63,918 nt of DNA, filler included, from Sphacelaria rigidula (GCA_964200075.2; 9 parts of 9 records of this genome joined end to end with filler, not necessarily neighbours in it), one strand, 5' to 3'; shown: positions 24,570 through 35,650, counted from the whole stretch's first letter. Notes: generated by a model from the sequence alone, not told the origin. A program made the numbers and translations.

Positions 24570-24965
24570 TCATGAACGTGGGGCCAGTTACCCCTTCAGT
24601 GACCGTGGGGCCAGTTACCCCTTCCGTGACCGTGGGGCCAGTTACCCCTTAAGTGATCATGGGGCCAGTTACCCCTTCAGTGACAGTGGGGCCAGCTACC
24701 CCTTGAGTGATCATGGGGCCAGTTACTCCAGTAGTGAACATAGGGTCAGTTACCCCAGTAGTGACCGTGGGGCCAGTTACCCCTTGAGTGATCATGGGGC
24801 CAGTTACTCCAGTAGTGAACATAGGGTCAGTTACCCCAGTAGTGACCGTGGGGCCGGTTACCCCTTCACTGAACATGGGGCCAGTTACCCCTCCAGTGAA
24901 CACGACGACAGGTATTCCACCAGTGATCGTAGGATCAGTTGCCACTTCAGTGACCACACGGCCAG
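24570..24965 (+). repeat. 27-bp tandem repeat (GTGACCGTGGGGCCAGTTACCCCTTCA; 9-aa DRGASYPFS), about 14 units
   Basis: Direct reading; lies in frame within ORF 24385-25263, upstream of the RT. Confidence 0.95.
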
Positions 24966-25819
24966 TTTCCCTTCCCGCGAACCAGGGGTCGGTTACGCCG
25001 CAACTAATCCCTCAACGGATCACGGAGCCAGTCGTTCCGCGTCCGGTGTCAGACAGAAAACAGGTATATCATATGCTAGTTTTCAGTCTAGCGGGTCGGC
25101 GGCGGTGCCGCCTCCTAACGGTGGAGATGAGTCGGGACAGTCTGACGCTGAACTAGTAGCACTGTGGTACTCAGAAAAAGGAGAGTTGGAAAAATCAGGT
25201 ATCACAGCCAAGAAAAAGAAGATATACTGTACAAACTCGCAAATATCTGCACGCGCATCATAGAGAAACAGGGTGGATACATTGGGGATGTCGTGAGGTC
25301 TATCGGGGGACCGCTAGTCACGCCGCCGGTAGACCCGCACAAGATCAGGACGTATTTCGGGGAGAACAAGGATTTCCCGCAGACAGACGAACTCGTTATT
25401 ATCGTAGCCACAGTTGTTCCCGTCGGCGCGACAGTCACTGCATCCCCCACACAAGAGAACCTCGACTGCGCACCACAGTATGGCAGCCACAGTAGCGCCC
25501 GCACGATCAACTACCAAAGCTTTGGGGAAAACTGGGAGATGATGTACGCAGGGGAAAGTGTCTGATAGTCGAAAAGTCGGCCGCCCGAAAAATCCCGAAC
25601 CTGTGGTTGTCCTCCCTGGGAGCAGTAATCACACACAAAGTCCGCATAATCAACGATTTGTCTTTCGACGCGCAAAGCACGCGGTAAAGAAAAGGAGGGC
25701 TGAACGGTGACACAAACCCTGAAGACGTGCCGGCCTGTTTATGCGGAGAAGCGCTGCAGAAGTTTCTCAAAGGGCTCATTTTGTTGCGGAAAAAATACCC
25801 CAAAAAACGCATACTAATG

Positions 25820-26523
25820 GAGCAATGCTACGGTAGGGGTGCACGTTTTTCGCAAAATTATGTCTAGTTCAGGGGCTACTAACGATTCTAAATGCACAAA
25901 CATTTGGGTTAGGGCATCCCCGTTTGAACACGGGATCTTACAAATTGGGGATCGATCTTCAATTGGGTATGGGAATCCCGGAGAATTAAAATCTTCGTAT
26001 CCACACCAAATCTTCGAAATATGGTTCCATTTCTTCACCTACCGATAGCTTTTGACAACTGCTACACCTCATTGAAATTTGGATTTCGATCACCGAAATA
26101 TTGAGGCCCCAGGTGACAAAACAATTTCGGAATCATTTTGGCGTCTGTTCGGACACCCAAATTCCCCCAAATTGGTTTTTTACCTAGGACCCCAACATTT
26201 CGGTAATCAACATACAAATTTCAATGGCGTGTAGCAGGTGTCAACAGTTATCGGTAGGTGAAGAAATGGAACCATATTTCGAAGATTTGGTGTGGATACG
26301 AAGATTTTCATTCTCCGAGATTCCCATCCCCAATAAAAGATCGATCCCCAATTTGTAAGATGCCGTGTTTTTGCAAATTTATTCGGGACATCCCCAGCAC
26401 ATTGCAGTAGTAATCGTGGCGTACTTTCACATATTTTCATAGGTCGTGCTTTGCATGAGATAAAGGGCTCCTAACAATTCTAACCTCAGAAAATATTCGT
26501 GCACCCCTACCGTAGCATAACTC
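25820..26523. mobile_element. MITE family B, Sola2-like (GAG...CTC ends, 4-bp TSD AATG), inserted in the RT and hosting a family A MITE
   Basis: aatg|gagcaatgctacggtaggggtgcac ... gtgcacccctaccgtagcataactc|aatg. Removing it plus one TSD restores the RT frame. Confidence 0.9.
25927..26369. mobile_element. MITE family A with 4-bp TSD TTTG, nested in family B
   Basis: tttg|aacacgggatcttacaaattgggg ... atttgtaagatgccgtgtt|tttg. The empty site is visible in the B copy at ~32670 (gcatccccgcttgcaaattt). Confidence 0.92.
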
Positions 26524-28273
26524 AATGGCGAAGGCTGATGTATCGGATGCGTTCCGTAATGTGAGGATAGATCCAGATCACGCCCATCAATTCGGCTACG
26601 TTGTGGACAACCTAGTCGTGTGTGACTTCCGGCGCACGTTCGGCTGGTCAGGCTCGCCAGGTTTCTGAGGAGTATTGGCATCGGCGGCAGAACACGCCCA
26701 CTGCAACACGAACATTGACAACGCGGTTTTACTGCCAAAAGGCAAGGAAATGACAGCTCACGTAAAGGTAGTCGATAGGTGGGAAACGGGGGACCCCACA
26801 CCGATTCCAAAAGATTCCACGACCACCCCACACCCAGCAGGAGGCTGACATGGTAATTGCTTCACGTCACTGTACGGAGACGACCAGCTGCTGATTCGCG
26901 TACAACACTCCGATGACGACACAACCGCATTGATCGCGTCCGCGTCCCTCGCATCCGACCACGTCAGGCTCTTCGGCAACGGAGAAGGAGGCGAGACGCC
27001 TATTCTAGCCCCCCAAAGGAGTACAGATTGGGATACCGAGATAGAGGCGTTGGGCCTGACCATTAACTCGCACACTATGCGGGTTTCCGTATCCCGCGAG
27101 AAGATCGAGGCGCTCCGACAGACGTTGCTAGCCGAGTGGTCCCCCACTCGACGTTCAGCGACTGCTACAGAAATATTGAGCCTGGCAGGAAAGCTGTGGA
27201 AACTCACATACGCAATGCGATCAGGTAAGTATTTCGTATGACGAACTCTGCGACTTGCGGGGCTCCACGATTCTAGAGCGAGAGACAACCAGAGCTGCAT
27301 AGTAGAGGTAGGAAAATAATTTCACGCCGACCTAAATTTTTGGAAGTGGGCGATCGAGGAAAAACTCCTGCAGCATGGTGAGTCTCTGAGTGCACCCTGC
27401 TACTCCATAGTAAAGCGACCTGCTCACCGACACTAACTCTCGGACGCAAGCTTCGAAGCCATAGGCGGCTACTGCCCAGAAAAAAAACATACTGGAGATA
27501 CGACTTACCACCGGAACTGACCGCAGAACTCAAAAGAAAAGCTCAACTTCGCGAAACATGCACGATCACCATCAACCTCTTGGAACTCCTGGGGATGGTA
27601 GTCACCGCTTGGGTCATGCTCGAATTGGTAAACGACAAACCCGCAAATTAGAGCGACCCAATCTTAATGGGCGGTGACAACGTAGCGGCAGTCACGTGGG
27701 TCAACCGGTGCGGGGGTACAAAAGATAAACGCGCAGGGTTACTCATGAGAACCCTCGGGAGGCTGGAAATCACGGGGGGGTGGAGCCACGATGCAAAACA
27801 CATTCAAGGGATCCAAAACGTACTAGCGGATGGAATTTCACGCTGGCCACGGGCGGAGCTAGCCAGACGAGTAAGGGAGCACACTAACAACAGCAACTGG
27901 TCAGAACAAGCCATCGCTTCACGGGGGGAGAGCATCTTCCACACCATCCCTAAAACCAAGAATATCACCGTCCGACACGACAAAACGCTTCGGTCGCGCA
28001 TGGTGGAACCCAGCTGACGATGTAATACTCGAACAACGAAACAAAAGTACCATCATCGAAAGTAATCACAACCCAGGCATAAATATGTAAACATCTATAT
28101 ATAGGGTACTCAGTCACGTACAGTACATATAATAATGACTACCACACCGCATACGACAGAGACGGTCATGGGGTCACTGGATAAGACATCATTCCACCCT
28201 CCAACCTCACCCCCCACCCCTCCTCCTCCCCCCCCTGAACGCAGGAACAGGAGAAACCGGGGGGCACAGCAGG

Positions 28274-28354
28274 GAGGAAGTAGCGCGTTTAGTTCAAGCG
28301 CTGGTGCTGGGGGGCGTTGGGGGTAGCACCCACAGGACGTATAAAGCGCGTTTT
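28274..28354 (+). pseudogene. Probable N-terminus of the element's tyrosine recombinase (truncated by contig end)
   Basis: EEVARLVQALVLGGVGGSTHRTYKARF resembles the 'STxxxY' start of DIRS YR core-binding domains and sits directly after RNase H. Confidence 0.6.
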
Positions 28355-28461
28355 NNNNNNNNNNNNNNNNNNNNNNNNNNNNNNNNNNNNNNNNNNNNTT
28401 AATTAATTAANNNNNNNNNNNNNNNNNNNNNNNNNNNNNNNNNNNNNNNNNNNNCCCCCCC

Positions 28462-28526
28462 TGGTCCGTCCCGAAAGGGATGGATGGTTAAGGGTCACAC
28501 CACCAAGGCAAGCAACAAATGAGTAC
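28462..28526 (+). mobile_element. Short 5'-truncated LINE-like 3' end (subfamily L-a) between C tracts
   Basis: ...cgaaagggatggatggttaa...aaggcaagcaacaaatgagtac followed by GC14. Upstream is C7 at the contig start. Confidence 0.7.
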
Positions 28527-28766
28527 GCCCCCCCCCCCCCCCACGCCTCCCGGCCACTGGAAACCCCCGAATGTCTCCGGACTGTCACCCTGTGAAAGTG
28601 TTCCGAGGCTACACTCGCTGTCTAAGGGTCAAGAGGTCGAGGGGTTAAAGTGGTGGTGAAAGTGTTGAACCTCAGGTTGAAACCTGACCTAGGAATAGCT
28701 TGGCCAAAAACAGTTGACTGGGAGCCAGGGGTTCCCAACAGGCAGGACGGGGAGGGGGGGGGGGGC

Positions 28767-28832
28767 GGACGCATTTGTTGCTTTCCTTAGTCCTTTTACC
28801 ATTGACCACGCATCCCTTTCGAGACGGGGCAC
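28767..28832 (-). mobile_element. Short 5'-truncated LINE-like 3' end (L-a) between G tracts
   Basis: Plus strand gcatttgttgctt...accattgaccacgcatccctttcgagacggggcac, with G runs on both sides. Confidence 0.75.
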
Positions 28833-28843
28833 GGGGGGGGGGG

Positions 28844-28887
<44 letters not shown>

Positions 28888-29232
28888 ATGGAAGACAGGG
28901 GTCAGTACCTGTCACCGGATCAAGTGGAAAGCTCAAAGCTTACAAGGTCAACCATGCTTGTTAAAAAGTTTCCGATTTGATTGCTTTGAATTGTCGACTT
29001 CGTCACTCTATGCCGCGACAGAACACCTAGCGCGCACCCTAGTTACGGCCGTATTTGACATGTTGGGTACTACTGACCATTCAGCCATTAAAACGCACAA
29101 TTGAGGAGCGGTGCTTTGTTGGCTCTGCGTGCAGCCTGGGCCCCCTGCCCGGCCCCTCTCGTGCTCGTGCTGTCCCGACGCGATAGCTTCACACTATCTG
29201 CAGTCTCGTGGAACATTCAAGTAGAGAAGATT

Positions 29233-29745
29233 GATGCAGCGATAACCCCCGCCCCCCAGAAAAATGGTTGATTTGAGGAGGTGAAATCTACACGTAAACC
29301 AAAATGACGGAAACCGAGCACACCGAGTAGCTGGGAACTCCGATGCTTGGGATCGTTTTCGCCAATGTCGCTCATATGAGGGGCTTCATGAAGTCTGAAA
29401 CCAGGTGTCATGACCTCTGTGGCCGTTTTCTGCGTGACATTTTCGGGCATGGTTTGGGGGGGGGGCGTACTCATCTGTTTCTTGCATCAGTCGTTTGACC
29501 ATTGACCACGCACCCCTTTCGAGAAGGAGCACCGTTCCTACTCCTAATAGAGACACCTCCAACATTCCGGCGCTCATTACGTTTTTTCCACACATTACGC
29601 AAAACCTGTTACATTTATTATCCCCGTCCTGTTTCGCCGTCTCTGGCCACCATCTATCTCCTAGTATAGCCATCGTTTTCTCCCTACCGTCCAATGCCTC
29701 TAACGATTACACCCCCGCTTTGGGGGGGGCGGGGTTATCACTCAG
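29233..29745 (-). mobile_element. hAT-like MITE family H interrupted by a LINE-like fragment
   Basis: One end is gatgcagcgataacccccgcccccc. The other end (ggggcggggttatc) reappears at 29726-29740, after the insertion. Confidence 0.7.
29467..29718 (-). mobile_element. 5'-truncated LINE-like 3' end (L-a) with TSD TTT(G)8-10C
   Basis: Encodes ...EKTMAILGDRWWPETAKQDGD... and ends atgagtac. Flanks are tttggggggggggc (29453-29466) and tttggggggggc (29719-29730). Confidence 0.8.
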
Positions 29746-32227
29746 GAAACGCACAGCTATCTGGAAATCACACGGTAAGGTGGGTAGGAGCTCTGAAACC
29801 GCGAACTATGCAGGATTGAGACACAAACGCCAATGACTGTATTGGGAATGAAAAAAGCAGCACAAATGAATGGATGAAGAAATGTGTATACTCTACTGTA
29901 TACATGCACATGTTCCATGTATGTATTCCAGGTGCTTACGACGCATGGCGCTGATATTCGGAACTGTTCCCCTTGATGCGTCGTGTGTTTTTCGAACATG
30001 TATACCATAGGACCGGCATAGGGAGCGGTCGAAGGAGATCGTGACACACCACTTTATGGAAGCCGACGAAATCAAAGAGGCGCTATCGTCGGATAATTCC
30101 GCGGAACAGTCTTCGGATCCTTCCTCGCCCGCATCGGCTTCTTCCTCGCTGACTGCCGCGTCTGCCGCTCCGCAATAATATAGTCGGAGTAGGTACCCAA
30201 CACACTCCAAGTACATTTTTACTATAGGGATGATGCGAAACCTACTGGGACCATCAAGAAAAACATGTTGGGATGACACTTTTTTTCGCCCGTGTAGGTG
30301 ACTCGGAATGCGTTGATTAACTGAACTCCCTGGCGATCGTTGTTGACTACCATCCTGCTGTTGTCCGGAGTAAAATAAAAATGAGAAATAAATAAAATAG
30401 AGAACAAATTCGACGATGAAAGTCGATGGGCTGTAGTAGTGCCGGTCAAATGCTCGATATCGAGCTGTCAGGCAGGTGTTGTAACCGCGGCAAGTAGAGC
30501 GAATCCACTGATTCCTTGATACTTCGGATTTGACTTGGAGAGGAGGGGGCATGGTGGGCGGAGGTGGGGGTGGGGTGTTGAAAGCATGGCGGGAACAAGC
30601 AAGACTGCGGCGGCCGTGATGGCTGACGGCCACCCCGCTTGCGGTCCTCGCCGCGTTCGGCAACCACTCCTACCGCCAAAAGCGGAATGATATGGGCGAG
30701 ATGTCCCGAGAAATGTAGCCGCGTTGCTGGGATCTTCCCGCGAGAGTGCGCAGCAGAGTTTCTTCACGTGTCCCGAGAGGACATAAGATTGAGAATATTA
30801 TCTGACCAACACGTTGTCACCATGCTGGGGAGGATGTTGGTCTTGTCACCCGTTTGACCTGTCTTTTTGCGGCACTTGAAGCGCACACGCTGTGGACGGT
30901 GTATCTATTCCATGATCATCGTGTGTCGGGCGTTTCTTGACTCGTTTGCAGTGATGTACGTTTCATAGTATGCAGCAGTGGGTACGTATATATTCTGGGA
31001 CAAAAACGAGCAAGCACCTTATACGACAGCTAGTCACGCGACACTTCGATGATTTTGCGGTGTCTCATGTGCGTATGGTCGGCAGTGCGTCGGAAATTTT
31101 TCAAATGAATATACATGCAGACATATTTGCAGCTTACCGAGACGCGGATGACATGGTGTATACTTATAATCTATATTTCGGTGGAAACGCCTTACTTTTA
31201 CTCTTGTTTGAGTTATCTCAAACTCGAGTTTTCCGGTAACATTCAAACAGTAATTCATTGGTGAATATACCGAGAACCTCGACTCTTCAGATTATGAGGT
31301 GTTGATCAGTTAACACATAGTTCTAATGATACACTGTCCTTCCTCTGTTCTGTAAGTTAGGATCGAATTGAGGCGCAGATCCCATCTCCCGAACGGAGGC
31401 GCTTTCTGCACTCTAGTTGGGATCACTCGGAAGATGAGGGAGAGGATATGCCCACTGGAAAAGAAAGATAGTAAATAATTCTGAAACGAAGTGCATATAC
31501 AACTTTTGGGCCAAAATTTCCCCATTTTGTTGTTGTTGTTGTTGTTGCCTATTTGAGCCACTTGAAATCGGGTTTTTGCCGAAGTAAGCCGAGTTTGCTA
31601 TTTTCATGCCGAGCAGAAGTTACATCTTAATGGAGTGATTTCGAACGAGGCATTGCTAGCCTCTTGTGACTAAAGTAGTAATCGAAGACGAAGAACCCTG
31701 CGAGTATTTGCCTTACTTCACCGACTTTTCCATTTTTTTGCTCTCGGAATAGGCGCGAAATACGGTCGTTTTCGGGCCGACCGCGCTATATTATTGACCG
31801 CTCGGCCGAATGATGAAATGAAAAAGTAAAAATGAAGGAACCGGTTTCAACTCGATACACGTCAATGACACAATGAAAAAAAAAAAAATCGGACGTGGTT
31901 AAGGTCCCGTACACACAATCCGATCCCCCAACTGATGGGACAGAGGAAGTATACTCACACACACACACACACACAACCGAAGTACTTCACTGAAAACCAA
32001 GCGTGTATGATGGAGTGTTGATGATGTCTCATTTTCGATCTAACACACGCGAACTATCTCCCATAACACGAGGACCACTTTACGTTTTCTTCAATATATC
32101 TTTGTTGTTGTTGCTGTTGTTATTGTTGTTGTTTTCACATTAAAAAACTGTTTGATGTTTACGCAGTACTGTACTTCAATTTCCGCACGGGGCATCTGAT
32201 CCTCACCACCAAAAAAAGGAGGCGTAA

Positions 32228-32967
32228 GGCCGCTCCTTATAGCAAACAAACAAAAAGCAGGTCCTGTAAAAAATATTTTTTTGGTCTTCTTCGTCGTTTT
32301 ACGCTCTACTGTAAACAGAACCAGGCGGAGTTTGACACTCAGGAACAACTTACTCTGCTCGTGTTCCAGGCAGGACATGTTCGTGTCTTGCGGTGGCGGC
32401 AGTTTTTTTTTTTTGCCAAACTTGCATTTTTGTCCAAGAACGGTCAAGAACAGCAGTCAAATCTAGAAAGACCGATACTTTTATCTGGACTTGACCGCCT
32501 CTGGATGAGAATGCTTGTCTGACCAAGAAACAAACTGCAGCCACCGGGAAACGAGAAGATGCCCTGGAACCGGCGAGCAAAGCTACGGTAGGGGTGCACT
32601 TTTTCGCAAAATCTTGTCTGGTTCAGGGGCTCCTAACGATTCTAGATGCACGAGAATATGGGTCAGGGCATCCCCGCTTGCAAATTTTTTTCGGGATGTC
32701 CCGAGCACATTGTAAAAGTAATCCTGGTGGCGTCGTCTCGCATATTTCATAGCTCGTGTTTTGGATGAGATAAAGGGCTCCTAACAATTCTAAGCAGAAC
32801 GTATTTGTGCACCCCTACCGTAGGTAGCATCACTCCGTCTCAACGAGTAGATCAAGACATCCCAAGGTGTCACACTCCGCCTAGCTCTCGTTTAGGGCGT
32901 AAAACGGCGAAAAACCCCAACAAAGTGTTTGCTTTACAGGATTTTTTGTTTGCTAAAAGGAGCGGCC
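32228..32967. mobile_element. Foldback MITE family C, complete (taa|GGCCGCTCC...GGAGCGGCC|tag), possibly PIF/Harbinger-like
   Basis: Long self-complementary arms, GGCC termini, 3-bp flanks TAA/TAG. Hosts a family B MITE. Confidence 0.85.
32575..32835. mobile_element. MITE family B (Sola2-like), nested in family C
   Basis: cggc|gagcaaagctacggtaggggtgcac ... gtgcacccctaccgtag(gtag)catcactc|cgtc. The empty site ggaaccgcctcaa is seen at ~14487. Confidence 0.88.
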
Positions 32968-33174
32968 TAGATAATGAAGGTAATGAAAATAAATAAATAA
33001 ATGAATCATACATAATCCAGAAATGTTAACACAGACGCGATACAACCCCCCCCGGAATATAGTGCGAGTACAAGCATAAAAATTGCGAGGGCAAGTGGTG
33101 AAAGGAAGTCACCACCATTTTTCTTATGCAACGGAAAATTACCGAAATGACATGATGTACCTGAAATAATGGTA

Positions 33175-33259
33175 CACCGGTGCCTGTAACCTCAAAATTG
33201 AACGTTACAGACCTTGTGCAACGTCTATAACGTCCAAATTTGAGGTTGCAGGCACCCTA
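33175..33259. mobile_element. ~80-bp hairpin MITE, possibly Tc1/mariner-like
   Basis: ggtgcctgtaacctcaaaattgaacgttacagac / gtctataacgtccaaatttgaggttgcaggcacc. Confidence 0.7.
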
Positions 33260-33988
33260 GTGGCCACCCATGTATACATTTCTAGGCAAGAGATGAAGAC
33301 GTAACCCTGCCACATGTCAAACATGTGAAGCAGGGCTGATTACAAGGGGGGGAATTAAAGGTCTCCCAGCCTACTAATCGAGCGACCCTGGATGATACAC
33401 TAAACGGCACATTTATTCTGTACGAACCACGGTAGGTAATGACTCATCCAGGCGGCAAAACACGCTCGAACATACGATGCGCATTACGCCGCAACCATCG
33501 TTCCTCCCGCCCTGGCAAGCACAACTACTGTCTACCAGTCAAGGCACCCCACCGTCCGTTTTTCAGGGGTATAGTTATCGTGCTCTTTGTATAGGGAGGG
33601 GAGAGAAGGTGGGGGTATCCAGTGAGGAATGTGCGCCCCCTACATGCATAAATTTATTTTTCAGTATTTTCCCGTGGGGCACAAATTTCGGTGGAGCTTC
33701 CCTGTATTGATACAAGATTCATTTGCTGTTGACAGCTGCCCAGATGTCTGAAGTTGCTCGACACCCTCGCCGAGCGTATCGCATATAATGCGTATCTGCA
33801 GCTATGTCATGTACTCTACCAAGCAAGGTCAAGCGTGCACTCTCTGTGTCGAAGGCTGTTGGTGTCTGGGGTAGACATATGTTGTGCACCGTAGATTAGG
33901 TCGGGCGACGTCTTCGTTGTTGGTCACACTTGATGTCTTGAGTCGCACTACCGACGAATTCTCCCTCCTCTCCGCCCCCCAACATCTA

Positions 33989-34054
33989 GTGCTCCGTTTC
34001 GACAGGGATGCGCGGTCAAAAGTCAATGGACTAACGCAAGCAACAAATGAGTAC
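33989..34054 (+). mobile_element. Short LINE-like 3' end (L-a) between C-rich tracts
   Basis: gtgctccgtttcgacagggatgcgcggtcaa...gcaagcaacaaatgagtac, with C-rich flanks on both sides. Confidence 0.7.
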
Positions 34055-34321
34055 ATCTCCCTCCCCTCCTGATCTCCCCTCCTAATCTAAAACCAACAAC
34101 TGCACCACATTGTAATTAGCTCATCATGGCGACACAGGTCAATGTTTCTGGGTGTATCGAGGATGTATGTGTTCTTCATCAAGGGTGCATCTCCCCTTCA
34201 GCTTGCAGTGTCTCCTCTCGTACGATGTTTTAGTTGCTAAAATGCAAGCGGGGAGAGCGCGAGGCGCCTTCGAGCAGATCGACTGGTACTCAAGTGTGAA
34301 TTAAAGGTGGAATCCACGCCA

Positions 34322-34468
34322 ACGCCCACTTATTATCCATGTGGTGCGTTTGTTTTGTGCAACAGTGCCCAACTCACTTGATGTCTTGACGCCTATCACT
34401 GCGCCCATTTATTATCCATGTGATGCGTTTGTGCAACAATGGCAACTCACTTCATGTCTTGACGCCCA
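34322..34468. repeat. Two-copy tandem duplication (~75 bp)
   Basis: ttattatccatgtg.tgcgtttg...caactcactt.atgtcttgacgcc occurs twice. Confidence 0.8.
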
Positions 34469-35384
34469 TTGTTGAGCTATTGCAGTAGTAGCAGGTGATA
34501 GGAACGCACGGCACACTCCGCAAATAGGTGCAGGACCCACCAGGACAGACAAGATAGATGCCGAAGTACTGTACCCTCATGTATTATTTTCACCATTACC
34601 CTCTGTCTCACTATTTCTCAACGTTTCTGGTACCCCAAGCTTTGGCGCAACTCATGATTTTCCCCTCTACGGTAAGGGGAGTTCGGAACTTTCACCCTAC
34701 AGAGTCCCGTCCTTGTTACAAAAATCAACTATAGTACACAGCGATGCCGCGATAGCCCCCCCCGAACACCCTCTGTGTACCTGTTATGTGATCCGGAATT
34801 GTCCCGTTCAGCACCTGATTCTCCGTTGTTTGTCCAGAAAAAAATAAGAGGGGCACGGGGGAAGGGGGTGGGGGGGGGGGGGGGGGGGGGGTCCCGGCTT
34901 GGCCCGCGGCCCCGGCCCGGGGGCCCTTTCCCCCACAAAAGCATTTTTNNNNNNNNNNATCGGACTGATCTGCGCGGTGTAAGGAGGGGGGAGAGGGGGG
35001 GGGGGCGGGGGGGGGGAGCGGGGCGCGGGGGGGGGGGGGGGGGGCGTCCTCGCTTTGTCCGCAGCTACGTACCGTGTGCCCTTTCCATCACATAAGACAT
35101 TTTATCCTCGTGCGCCGGCACTTCTTCATGACGCTGCCGTTCGCCTTACATCATGATGCTACGGAAGCCATTTCTTCTGCACGTACTCACACATGAGCGA
35201 ACACGGGAATTACACTGGCCGGTCCAGAACGGAAAAATAACAACAAAAATAGATAGAACATAAAACAAGGAATAAATTAAAGTAAAGAGGGAGAGAAAAA
35301 AACAGGACAAACTGAAGGCCATTAGTTCGCAGGCCGCAGTAAGATGTCCAGTGCCCCACCCCCCATCCGTCCCTCCCTCCTTCA

Positions 35385-35421
35385 GTGGTCGTGTGACTAC
35401 GGCATGCAAGATCATGAGTAC
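35385..35421 (+). mobile_element. Very short LINE-like 3' end (L-b) running into poly(C) at the contig end
   Basis: ggcatgcaagatcatgagtacacccc..., with C-rich sequence upstream. Confidence 0.55.
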
Positions 35422-35567
35422 ACCCCACCCCCCCCCCCCCCACACCCCCCCGCCCCCCCCCCCCCCCNNNNNNNNNNNNNNNNNNNNNNNNNNNNNNNNN
35501 NNNNNNNNNNNTTAATTAATTAANNNNNNNNNNNNNNNNNNNNNNNNNNNNNNNNNNNNNNNNNNNN

Positions 35568-35650
35568 GCATCCCTTTCGAGACGGAGCACCGTTCTTACT
35601 CCTAATAGAGACACCTCCAACATTCCGGCGCGCATTACGAGATTTTTTAG
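35568..35650 (-). mobile_element. LINE-like 3' fragment (L-a) cut by contig start
   Basis: gcatccctttcgagacggagcaccgtt...agacacctccaacattccggcg matches 29511-29580. Confidence 0.8.

Larger units (their letters stand above)
25164..28017 (+). pseudogene. Reverse transcriptase + RNase H of the DIRS/Ngaro element
   Basis: RT motifs KVRIINDLSF, RILM|AKADVSDAFRNVRIDP (rejoined across the MITE), FGWSGSPGF, LYGDDQLL and ALGLTINS. RNase H motifs SDASF, INLLELLG, GDNVAAVTW and HIQGIQNVLADGISRW. Confidence 0.92.
22430..28354 (+). mobile_element. Degenerate DIRS/Ngaro-type tyrosine-recombinase retrotransposon, 3' part cut by contig end
   Basis: Order is gag-like ORF with CCCH-type finger, DIRS-type RT, RNase H, then YR N-terminus. 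Many stops and frameshifts. 5' boundary approximate. Confidence 0.88.

Noticed and set aside
24570-24965. Regular short repeats as a CRISPR array (also 21012-21111 and 8150-9612)
   Set aside because: Units are contiguous with no unique spacers, there are no cas genes, and the context is eukaryotic TEs.
29893-30663. 256-aa ORF as a gene
   Set aside because: It reads through T-rich intron-like sequence and has no domain. A small acidic exon near 30006-30160 is possible but unsupported.
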